From Eledone cirrhosa (Eukaryota): DNA of 64,000 nucleotides. The notes under the pieces are model-generated. The model did no database searches. It had not been told where the DNA came from and saw only the letters and a program-made list of their open reading frames with translations. The stretch covers positions 365,490,001 through 365,554,000 of the forward strand of contig OZ024741.1 in the NCBI GenBank assembly GCA_964016885.1, in the 5' to 3' direction. Shown piece after piece: positions 52,731 to 64,000 of this stretch (position 1 is the stretch's first letter; each line of letters opens with the position of its first letter). The position numbers and the translations under genes are program-made.

Positions 52731-52817
52731 AGTGTGTATGTGTGTCTGTATGTGTGTGCGTGTGTATATATGTGTATATATATATATATGTGTATGTATG
52801 TGTATGTGTGTGTATAT

Positions 52818-52859
<42 letters not shown>

Positions 52860-52998
52860 ATATAGGTGTCTATGTGTGAATATATGTCTTTATTCGTATG
52901 TGTGTATTTATATATGTTTATATTTAAGTGTATGTATGTATGTGTATGTATGTATGTATATGTATGTGTATGTATGTATATGTGTATATGTGTGTATA

Positions 52999-53029
<31 letters not shown>

Positions 53030-53125
53030 TATTCTTTATTATTATTGTAATATAACTTATGTGTATATGTGTATAAGTGAGGTTGTGTATGTATATATAC
53101 TATGTGTATATATAAGGGTAATGAA

Positions 53126-53156
<31 letters not shown>

Positions 53157-53248
53157 CATGTCTGTATTTTATGTGTGTGTGTATATATATATATGTGTAT
53201 GTGTGTATATATGTATGTATATATGCATATATGTGTACGTGTGTGTAT

Positions 53249-53299
<51 letters not shown>

Positions 53300-53410
53300 T
53301 GGATGTTTGTATGTGTTTTCATGGTGGTATGAGTGTGGGATATATATGTTTATGTATAAGTATATGTATGTGTATGTATATATATATGAGTCTATGTGTG
53401 TGTGTGTATA

Positions 53411-53455
<45 letters not shown>

Positions 53456-54224
53456 ATGTGTGTATGTGTTGCGCGTGTGTGTGTCCGTATTTTTATCTTT
53501 TTATATGTGTATGTGTATGTTCGTGTAAATGTATGTGTGTGTATGACAGTATAGGTATGTGTGTATGTATGTATGTGTAGATATCTCTATGTGCGCGTAC
53601 ATGTATGTATGTGTATGTATATCTGTATGCGTATGTACATTATATTATATGTAATATATTTTATTGTTTTTATTTTTTTATTTTTCATAATTTATAGATA
53701 CATTTATATTAGGCTGTCTGGTCTGACAACCTAATACTGACCCCTCCCCCCCCCTCCCACCTAATTTCTGTATCTTGATCTTGAAATGTGTGTACCAGTG
53801 TGTTTATGTGAGTGACTTAATTTCTATTTGCTTATGATTTTATATCCACATATATAAATGTGAGTGGGGGGTGGGTGTGTGTTTGTGTGTTCGTGGTTAT
53901 GTGTATATTTATATATATACGCACATGTATGTGTGATTATACTGATATGTGTGAGTATGAAAAAAATATATTTATATGCTTGACTACATAAGTATCATTG
54001 CGTATCTTATCAGCGCATTAAGCTTACAGAGATATTAACCTTGAAATTTTTTATTTGCATCCATCTTTTTAGTATGCACATACATATTATACACACATTA
54101 TTGTAAAATGTGTGTAGGGTTTTACATGTATATACACACACCAAACTGCTTTTTAACCCTTTGTGTTTTCATTGGTCAATTTTGAACTGATATTTTGAAT
54201 TGTTGTTATTATCAATAAATATAC

Positions 54225-54379
54225 TTCATTATTTCTGAGGACGGCGTATATATGAGTTAGGTATGTATATTTAATCTTGATAATTTGTATAATTTTGTAT
54301 AATTTTGTACATAGATCTGTTAAATATGCATACCAATTATAGCACATATATGCCCTAGAAACGATCGTTAAATAGTGAA
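54225..54379 (+). ncRNA. Type I hammerhead with ~115-nt stem II, family E
   Basis: Same sequence as 48067-48221, 6158 bp downstream. Confidence 0.78.
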
Positions 54380-54424
54380 CTTTTTTTGTTTAATATAAGG
54401 AATTGTTTGTTCATTATTTGTTTA

Positions 54425-54474
<50 letters not shown>

Positions 54475-54497
54475 CCTCTTCATATATATATATATAT

Positions 54498-54667
54498 ATG
54501 GTGGCTGCCAACTCATTTTCGAGTACGTCAACTTCTGTATATCCATGTAGGAGAACCCCTACCGATGCGCTGAACGAGTGTGACTTTTTAGTCCAGCCAG
54601 CGACTTGAAAACTCTGGTACAAACACTACACTTGTGACAATTATTGACACATTGTGCTGGGCCCATG
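54498..54667 (-). mobile_element. LINE 3' end fragment (RTE-like)
   Basis: Reverse complement of 33845-34012; encodes [19 protein letters not shown]. Confidence 0.6.
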
Positions 54668-55061
54668 TTACCATGTGACGACAAGTGCAGAGAGATCTCC
54701 AGATATAAAGCAATGCCTGTGCCGTGAAGCTTTTATAGTGTGCAAAGGCACTGCACAAAGCCAGTCCCACTCTCTTAACCAAGATGATAGTTACCAAAAA
54801 GAAGAACAATTCAACATCATTGGATACCATCAGGGTTGGAGGTGTTATATCAGGGTTTTCCTTCTCCTAGAATTCTGCCTTGACAAAGGCTAAGGGGTCA
54901 TCTCTCCCGGTGATTTTGGATGGCCATTGACTCTTAAGAGCTCCTTTGCCCTTTGACAGGTTTTGTTTTTAGTCCTGCAGGATGTCCAAAGTCACCCTCC
55001 TCACCAAGAAACCTTGGTGGGGTTGCCAGTTTAGTCGCCCAACGACCCGACCATGATATAC

Positions 55062-55167
<106 letters not shown>

Positions 55168-57007
55168 ATATTAAAACTATAAGCTTTCACCGTATTTTTT
55201 GACTACAGAAATTTTGGGGCCTGATAGTGGGGTTTAGAACCCTCAGAGAAATGGAAAAAGATGAGTATTGACGTACATACTCAACTTTATTTGCTGAGCA
55301 ATATATATATATTGCGAACTTATATATAAGCGAACTTCTTAACCCTTCGGCAATGCTGCTTCTACGCTCCTCTCACTAAGCTCTAAATTATTTATATATG
55401 TTTTTTGAAGGATGCATGAACTCGAAATAGGGCTCGCTGTATTACAAGGAACGAGTAAATCAAACAGAAAAGATAATGAGAAAGCGAAGAAGAAATACAA
55501 AAGGGATTAATAATCGCTGGTGTCAGAGGTTGACAATTAATCAATCAGTTAATTAAACATCGGACTGATGAATTAATTACCTGATGAATGAATTTGAATT
55601 GAAATCCAAACTGTGCGTGGGCTTTTCATAATTGTATGACTCTCCTAAAATACAACAATATTCATTTCAACACATGTTTTCACATCGAGGATTTAGCTAA
55701 ACAAATCAAAAATAAGAAAATGTAAATGCCGTGACCCTAAACACACTAAGATATTTGTTGCACCATAATACCCTTTCATTTCAATGTAAACTGCAAGAAA
55801 ATATTTAAAGCATTCAATAAACACGTGTTTTATTCTACGTCCAGTTGCACCATATTTTACTCTGCTGTACGTCTTGGTATGTGGTTAGTGTATTTAATTC
55901 TGAACTATTTGGTTTCATGCTCTATGGCTACTGCACGAAACATCGGACAAGTTTGTTTCACCACACCTGCCAACTCTCCCAGACCGACGGGGAGATCTCC
56001 CACCCAATTTGAAAATGTAAAAAGGGGTATAGCTTTTATTATGTAAAATCTCCCCATTTTACCTCATTTCTTCTCGTTTGGAGGCACTCTTTTCATGGCA
56101 CTCCTCGTTTGGGATTCTAGAAGTTGGCAGGTCTGGTTTCACCAGATCGATCAAAGCCCTGGATCGATCAAAGTTTTCTGAATGAAAGTTTTCAGGCAGA
56201 AAGTATGCAGATGGGCTAGTAAAGAGATATTTTGGGCGATGGTGGACGTAATATTTCAGTCGATTTAACAGCATGATTACCACTATGCTACTTTTAAATT
56301 ATGACAATCTGATGCAAATAATAAGGCCAGGTTTCCTGGCTGATGATAACATTCTCCCACTTGTGCTAACTGCCCTTCATCCTCTGATTACGTCAAATAT
56401 AATAATTACATAAACGTTTGTATATAAGTAATTGATAGTAAATGAATAATTAATGAATTAAACGCATAAACCAAGAAATAAAACGATTAATTTAAGACGA
56501 TTTTATTTCTATACATCAGAGACGTATTAAATTGTTTGCTTTTATTGCTCGTTACAATTTTAAATGCTTTAATGATTTGAAAGTTCAAATGCGAATTTCT
56601 TTTGATTAGGCCTCATTAGTTTCCTGTAGCTGCACAAGTAATATAACATAGAATGAAACATTTTTCATTGAATATTTTAAAAGGCCAGAATCACACCAGC
56701 GTAAGTTTAAATATAGTAACAAATGAGTCGGAAATTTCTCATTGCTATACACAGCAACAACTATAAACATTTTAGCATGAACGATTGTCGGCAACTCATA
56801 TAAGACGTGTTAGTTGCTGGAGTAGGTAATCGTGTAGTAGTTGACGATTTTGAAAACCTCGGTTTCAATTTGCGGTTGGAGTTTCGTTCCATTTTTAACA
56901 AAAAAGAATGTGTGACGCGTTAACGTATGGTTCAAATATCCGAAAATCCTTTCCTCTTTGCTACAATCAATAACTATGTTGCTTCTTATGAGCTTGATCT
57001 ACTTATT

Positions 57008-57052
<45 letters not shown>

Positions 57053-57301
57053 GAAATTGATTTCTAGTCGATATAAAAGCTCTGATCTATTCATTGAAAT
57101 CTTTGAGCATATTCTACAGTGGATATGGCGCATGTCTCGGACACCCTTAATTTAATTTTGTATATATATATATATATATATGTATATATACCTATTTCGC
57201 GGCGCCGAAGACGCTTCGTCCTCCAGGACGCATCCTAATTTTGAGAACAAAAATTTGAAAAAAGAAATAATAAACAACCTTCGGCCTCCAGGACGCATGG
57301 T

Positions 57302-57342
<41 letters not shown>

Positions 57343-57403
57343 TAAACCACCGGGAGGTTATATCCGTAGTAAGTAGAGCACCAATTCCATAGGACAAATT
57401 CGG

Positions 57404-57518
57404 TATAAAATTAGTTCCACAACAAATTAGCAAACCATCATCGAGTTGAGAATTTGTTCGGTGAAACGTGTGCCCTCGAATGTAGTTTTGCTAATTTGTT
57501 ATTGAACTAACTTTATAT
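57404..57518. repeat. Imperfect inverted repeat (~30-bp arms)
   Basis: tataaaattagttc.acaacaaattagcaaa / tttgctaatttgttattgaactaactttata. Confidence 0.7.
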
Positions 57519-58792
57519 ATATGGTATATACATATTTGTGTGTGTGAGAGAGAGTGTGTTTGTCTGTGTGTGTGTGTGTGTGTAAACTGTAGGTATAACT
57601 ATGCACTCAATACTACATCTAGATATGACTATATATTGAATTTGATCATATATGTATGAGCATGTTTAATATTCATAAACTGCCTTTAAAAGTTCTGAGT
57701 AAAATTCTCACTAAACGACATTCACGCGACGATTTGATTTGAATTCATAAGAGCAAGCTTGTGGCATTGTCGTTAATTATCCAATACAAGCACTACAAGC
57801 ACTGAGTTGTAATTATGCCCCATCATGGCCTCAGCTTAAAGACTAAAAGTCTAGTTATAATTTCGGAAAATGCAAGCTTTTCGACTCTTGGCATATTGAC
57901 ACAGTATATATGTATATTTTCAGAATACAAATCATATATAAATCAAAACGGTAGTTCGATGTAGTTGTGGACTTTATTATAACAATTAATTATTCGAACA
58001 TTATAGCTGAAGCATTAAAAATGAAAGGCACTCGAAGCATACAAGTTTAGCGTATAAAAGCGTTAGGGAATCTCCGTCACAGTGGAATATAAATATTGAA
58101 TACATTCCATTCCGTAACATCACAAAATTATACACCGTAATGTATTTAATGTGCTTCACATTTACGATGGAATGTTATATAATATATTCGTTTATATTTT
58201 AGGAGAATATTGGTTTCTTGCTTATATAATATAATAGTATAATAACAACATATATTTGATACTTCATAAAATTGACATTGAAAATTCAAAAGCGATAACG
58301 AAAATCTTTATGAATTTATTACTCGGGTGGATAGAGAAACTCCGTAGTAAAAATAGTTCTTTGATAATATCTTTTATTTCTTAGCTTACATATACTCTGA
58401 AAAAGTTCAGAACATATGCAGGTCAGTGATTTTAGATGATCTTTCATTGCAGACTCTTTGATAAAAAGACATCAGTAAAATCGAAATATAGCTAAGTTCA
58501 AAGAGCAAATTTCTTTACTACAAAGTTGATTCATTATCTGGCAGTATATAAAAGAGTAGTTTCTAAGTTAAGACTAAACGATACATCTAAGTTTGGTAAC
58601 ACAAAGTTTATTCCTCAAGATGTAAAAGATAAAAGTTTAGATTGATAAATAAGAAGGAACGGTTTTCAAAAGAGTTTCTAAATATAGAGAAATAACATTT
58701 TCTTTTATAAAAATTAGACGGCGAACATTTCTCTAACAATTAATGATTACCACTTTCTCGCTATGTGTTTTGTCTGTCCGTGTGTCTGTATG

Positions 58793-58823
<31 letters not shown>

Positions 58824-59294
58824 ATATACATACATACATACATACATATATAGAGAGAGAGAGATTAACAAAGTTATCGCGAATATCGAGTTTGAAATGC
58901 GAGTGTATAAGAATTCGTGGGATAATGGGAAAATTCAGCGCAAGGAAGCTGGTAAAACACCAAAATGCCGTCAATGGCACAGTCGGGTAAAATTTACCTC
59001 AAAGGATAGAAATCTGCGACGAAAGGTGAAAAGGAGTAAAAACGACGAGAGGAGATCACACAAAGATTTAAATACCCACATAAGCTTTAAGACCACATGT
59101 GGTTCAACGATTTAACTAAAAGTACAACGTACGATAGACAACTCGTAACAACGGAGAAATAAATATCTATATTGGTATAATGTTAGGAACGAATAGATTA
59201 GATAGGTTTCTTTATTTGCCACAAATAGATTAGATGCACAGACAGATAGGTTCAATCGGTTGCAGGTCATCACAAGAAGGCAAATATAATGGTT

Positions 59295-59472
59295 TCTTAT
59301 ATAGATACAAGGCCAGCAATTTTGGGGGAGGGGGAAGTCGATTAAATTTTTATTTTATCGACCCCGTAAGGATGAAAGGCAAAGTTAACCTCGGCTGGAT
59401 GTGAACTCAGGTCATAAAGGGTCGTAGCTCTATGCTTCAAAGCATGGTGTCCGACCCTCTACAGATGCCGAT
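59295..59472 (-). mobile_element. tRNA-derived SINE (same family as 19133)
   Basis: ttttatcgacccc..aaggatgaaaggcaaagttaacctcggctggat.tgaactcag is the reverse complement of the 19200-19260 body. Confidence 0.78.
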
Positions 59473-59975
59473 GACTGTAAGCGGAAGGGACGAGTAGGAG
59501 TGGCGGGTACGAGAAGGAAGATGGAAATAAAAGAAGTAGTAAGAGGCACGGAAGAGCGGGGAGGGAATGGAAGTACGAAGGAAAGGGGAATAAGGGAGAG
59601 GGAATATTTTGCCGTTGATTTCTATCCTTTGAGGTAAATTTTACCCGACACCATCATTAACAGCATTTTGCTGTTTTAACAGCTCTCTTACGCTCAGTTT
59701 TCCCATTATCCTATGACCATATATTTAATGCGTTCTTATTAACTGTTTTGTTATGTTCGTATGAGATTACCAATTCAAAATCTGCAATTGTTATATTAGC
59801 TATATTATTACGGTACTCTCCGGCCGAAATACCATAGAGTTACAACAAGTTAATTTTGTTTTTCCTCTCTCCTGGGACGACGAAATTAGTTCAGTCAATC
59901 TTTTAACACCCTTTTTAATGAATTTATGATGATGTCAGACAATAGATGTTGTATAATATCTATTATTCTAAATTT

Positions 59976-60015
<40 letters not shown>

Positions 60016-60017
<2 letters not shown>

Positions 60018-60265
60018 CATGAGGTCAAAGTGGTCCCGATTGTCATAGGCGCACTAGATACTATCTCAAAGAGTTTCCAAGGTTGGTTAAAGAAAATTGG
60101 TCCCGCCCTGCTTTTTGAAACACTTCAAAAGGCATGCTTACTGGGAACAGCAAGAACCCTCCGATACGTCCTGAATATCTGAGGCTGCAGGTACAGGTAA
60201 TGGCTTGATATTCATTTCAACAAACTTTCCAGTTAAATAACATCAATGACTGAGACTCAAAGAAC
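60016..60265 (+). mobile_element. 5'-truncated R4/Dong-like non-LTR element in (AAT)n
   Basis: VKVVPIVIGALDTI...LQKACLLGTARTLRYVL matches the C-terminus of R4-clade RLE proteins as recalled. Short 3'UTR; (AAT)n at 59978-60016 and 60266-60301. Confidence 0.78.
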
Positions 60266-60301
<36 letters not shown>

Positions 60302-60302
<1 letters not shown>

Positions 60303-63300
60303 CTTTCTTTATTAACTACAAGGGTTTACATAAAGTAGACATTAAGGACAGTACAGGGCGGTACAAATGGGCATTTCTGCATGTAAAAAACAAAAACAGA
60401 GGATGTAACAAAAAAATAACAATGAAAAATTCCCCAATAGGGGGGAGACTTCCGAGGGACATTTGTGGAGAAAGCAAATTAAAAGGCCACAGTCTGACCA
60501 CCAGGGCAAGTGCCCTCTACCAGTTTTCCACCTTTAATTTACAGACACATACTCAGAGTAAGCCCATTCACTCGGGCCATTCTTGCTTCTCTCACCCATC
60601 TTTCAACAAACTGCTGGGAATAGAGCACTTCCCTCTCTACCCTGATTTTCCTTTTCAAATGAAATTTGAAAAAGTTAATCAGGGCATCACCGTGGAGGTA
60701 AGTGCTCGTCTTCAGCCCTTTCAAACGTGTCTACCATACTATTTATTTCGCCATGGCCACCAGACAGATAAAAACTGCCTGCCCTTCCCGGCTAAGGGAA
60801 GAGGGCGGGGCAATCCTCACGATAGAATCAGCAGATAGCCGGATCCGTCCTACACGCGACAGCAGGTGTTCGACATAAACCCACAAGTCAGCAATGCTCG
60901 CACATTGGACGAGTGCGTGCAGGACGGTTTCGTCGCCCTGCGCGCATCTCGGACATGCCCGGCTGACGGCACCTCCATGCCTGTAGAGTTTATCCCGAAC
61001 TGGCAAAGCTTCTCGGTAGCAGTGCCAGGCCTGGGATTTCTGGAAGTTGTCCATAGGCCCCGGCCCGAAAGTTCTTCCGAAGAGATTGGCTAGTTGATTT
61101 TCGTCGACGCCTAGAGTTTCCCCAAGTACGTCGTCGCTCTTCCCCTCCACTAATCCTCTATAGAACGCCGAGGTGGAGTTACCACCGATCACATTGCCCG
61201 ATTCCAGTCTCCAAGCGCTCCCTCTCGGTGTTCGCTTGACCCAGGACTGCAGCTCCATCAAGGAGACGAGCTGGGGAAAGACGCGTCGAGCAAACGCCGA
61301 CCACACCTGATCACCGTCGAGGAAGAGGTGGAGATGTCGTAGCCTGAGCGCGTCTGCGCATCATCAGCCACAGCATGCCCAGCCCTCACGTTGCGGGGGT
61401 TGACAGCAGGTGTACCTCCTGACCATCGGAGCGTGTCCCTTCCACAAAAAGCGAAAGAGCAAACGCTCCAGCGCAGTCAGGCGGGGCTTAGGACAAGGTA
61501 CGACGGTCAGGCAGTAGTAGATGACGGACGCGATGTACGCGTTAGCCACCTCCGCTTGACCTTTCGGGGATAGCTTCCTCTCCGCCCATTTCTGGGTGAG
61601 AGAAGCCACACTGCTCGTCACCTCGTCCCAGTTTTTGTCCGTTTGGAGGTCCAGACCGAACCAGACCCCTAGCAATTTAACCGGTCCGTCCGTCCAGCGC
61701 CCGACCACGCTGTTGGACGGCATGGACCTGCCTATCCGGGTGCTGAGCTGCAGGCCCACTGACTTTTCCTGGTTGATCACTGCTCCTGTCACTACTTCGT
61801 ATTCTCTTAGTGTAGTGCCGATCGCCTCGATATGTTTGGCGTTCGACACCACCTCGGTGACATCGTCCGCATATGCTGACACGGATCTTCCGCATCCTAG
61901 TTCGCTCGGGACCCCCCTCAACGTCTTCAGTTTGTGCAGTAATGGCTCGAGAGTCAATACGTACAAGAGGGACGAGAGAGGACATCCTTGGCGGACCGAG
62001 CGCATGATGTTGAACGATTCCGAAAGGTGACCATTCACTCTCACCACTGAGCAGATGTCGCTGTGCATGGCATCGATCCAGCCTCTGAAGACGGGCCCAA
62101 AGCCAGCCGCCTTCAATACTGCCGCTAGGTAACGATGGTCGATCCTATCGAAAGCTTTCGACTGATCTAAATTGATCAAGGACCTACCCGTGCCAGGTTC
62201 CCTAGCTACCCTCTCTACGATGTATCGCATGAGGTGGAGGTTGTCGGGAATGGCGCGTGTCTGCGCCTCTCCCACCAGACCACCAACGACAAGCACCAAC
62301 CTCTTTGCTAGCACCTTGGCCAAAATCTTGAACTCTGTGTTTAGCAGAGTTATGGGCCTGAAATTATCTATGTTATCCCCCTTGTCCGGATCCTTTCTCA
62401 GCAGCGCCACCGCTCCTCGGTTCACAGAGCTGGGAATAATCCCGTTCTGTTGCCAATTGCAGTAGACGTCCGCCAAGAGGCCTCCGAACAAGTTTGGCAT
62501 CTGTACGTAAAGTTCATAGTGCAGACCATCCAAACCAGGCGATTTACCCCTTGTGCAGCCAGTCATTTCCTCCCGTACTTCAGCGGCTGTTATCGGCTTT
62601 TCGCAACACTCCGCCTCAGTGGCCGAGAGACGCGGTAGTCCATCCAGGTAGACACTAAAGTCCATCCCTCGATCCGGCCCGCCGTTGCCCCCGAACAACT
62701 GAGCGAAGTGTCACTGAAAAGCTTCACATATTTTGCCGGGGTCGAGTAGCATGCGCCCGTTGTGGTCCACCAAAGACCGGATCGTGGCTTTGTTGCCACG
62801 ACGCGCCTCCGCCACTCGGGCCCATTGAACGGCTTTCGTCCCCTCGTGTCTGAGAGCACGCACCCTAGCTCTGATAACGCAGCCCTCGTGCTTTGCATTG
62901 AAGAATTGGTCAAGGGCCAATTTCGCCACAATTACGTCGGTCGCAATGCCTTTGCTAAGCGCCCCGTCTAATTGTTTAACTAGTTCTTCCTCTGCTCTAT
63001 TTTTCTCTATTGCTAAAGCCTTACTAAATATAATCGACTCTATTCTAATCGCTCTTTTCAGAGCAAACCACCACTTGTTGACGATGGCCCCCGTCAACGC
63101 TCGCTTAACTAGTTCGCTAATCCGGTCTCTGTAGGCCTTGCGCGCTGGTAAGGACGCGTTTAGCTTCCAGTAGCCGGGTCCTCGTCTATGAAGCCTATCT
63201 AAGTCAAGCACACAGATCAGGAATTTGTAGTCCGTGTAGCTGAATATCTTGAATTGTGGACAGCCTATGCTAGACCTATCTATTTCCCTACAAAATACTC

Positions 63301-64000
63301 TATCTAGATATGATCTGGATGACCCTATGCGGTTTGTCCAAGTCCACATTGGCACATTCGGGAAATCCAATCGGTACCTGTCAGACAGTTCAAAACGCCT
63401 GAGCAGGTTGGTGAGACTCTTGCACCCTCCTCCCCTATCCACTAATCCCACACAGTCCCAGCGTGCATCTAAGATCCCGTTCCAGTCGCCCACTAACACT
63501 AAAGTGCGGGACGTTCCTAGAAAGGTCTCCAGATGCCGGAAGAAATCAGGCCGCTCTGCTACTGTCGGGGCATAGACGGCCACTAGCCTGAAAACTTGCC
63601 CGTCTCCGCTGGTGACGTCCAGCACCACCAACTTACCTTCTGGGTCCAGGATGATGGCCCGTATGGCGAGATCCAAACCTCTCCGAAGGCGACGATGCGC
63701 TGCTTCTGCGTTTGTGCCTTCTTACGACCTTTTGCCATCCCTCTCCCACCTCACACTCCATGTCCGATTCTGTGAGGTCGGGGAGGGGTACCAGCTCCAC
63801 TCTTTCACTTGTTGTTGTTGGTGATGGTTGCAGTGGAGTCTCTGTTGTAGCTGCAGTTGGTATTACTGTTGTTGTTGTTAATACCTCCACTGCAGCTGCT
63901 GTTCTTGATTTCCGTGGCGTGGGTATGGGTGCCACGGACCTATCCTTTCTGCTTGCCGCCTGTCCTTTTGCTGGTAGCAGTGGAGCCGGTTTCTGAAGGA
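60302..64000 (-). mobile_element. L1/Tx1-like LINE (ORF1 end and frameshifted ORF2), continuing beyond the window
   Basis: APE motifs VAVYAP, VGDWN, WTW..SYLDR; GPGYWKLN; RT motifs KSPGLDG, RQGCPLS, AYADD; CPRCAQGDETVLHALVQC. 3' AATAAAGAAA next to (TTA)n. Confidence 0.93.
60539..63676 (-). pseudogene. L1/Tx1-like ORF2 (APE, RT, CCHC), disrupted
   Basis: ORF pieces 62711-63676, 61364-62698, 60743-61306 and 60539-60724. Confidence 0.9.

Larger units (their letters stand above)
40109..54431. mobile_element. PLE family E: + strand 6158-bp unit with 2.8-kb 5' pLTR, joined head-to-head to an inverted 5'-truncated copy (40109-45607)
   Basis: 45608-48273 repeats at ~51767-54431; 40109-45607 is a near-identical reverse complement. 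(TA)n flanks. Confidence 0.95.

Noticed and set aside
55825-56283. Possible host exon (ORF 56059-56283 on minus, with AG|GTAAAA at 56063)
   Set aside because: No recognisable protein, in-frame stops follow the best candidate acceptor, and no partner exons are visible.
57190-57300. Possible pogo/Tc1-type transposon end (tatttcgcggcgccgaagacgc; cctccaggacgca twice)
   Set aside because: One short decayed end with no matching TIR or transposase.
61596-63575. Plus-strand ORFs over the LINEs (also 24.4-26.4 kb)
   Set aside because: Antisense shadows of GC-rich ORF2 sequence.

Overview
AT-rich, microsatellite-dense eukaryotic DNA. The SINE and MITE types suggest an octopus or other cephalopod (inference). 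I found no supportable host exon; the window is a nest of retroelements. It is dominated by Penelope-like elements (PLEs; YRDD reverse transcriptase plus C-terminal CxC...CP...C/GIY-YIG, Naiad-like) in the typical tandem-plus-inverted pLTR arrangement, nearly all embedded in (TA)n. One family (40.1-54.4 kb) has a nearly intact ~813-aa ORF. Folding by eye gives 17 type-I hammerhead ribozyme copies in 7 sequence families, plus degenerate candidates. They share unusual features: long stem II in most families, no G10.1-C11.1 pair, a palindromic stem III in all but one family, and a CAGAAGA core in that family. Two ORF-less families of ~560-bp monomers look like non-autonomous retrozymes. Also present: two L1/Tx1-like families next to (GATA)n or (AAT)n, an R4/Dong-like fragment in (AAT)n, RTE-like 3' ends, tRNA-derived SINEs, a piggyBac-type MITE, and a 2.1-kb non-autonomous LTR element whose tRNA-Trp primer binding site extends to 32 nt with a mismatch opposite tRNA position 58. 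All structures are manual predictions; no searches or folding programs were run.
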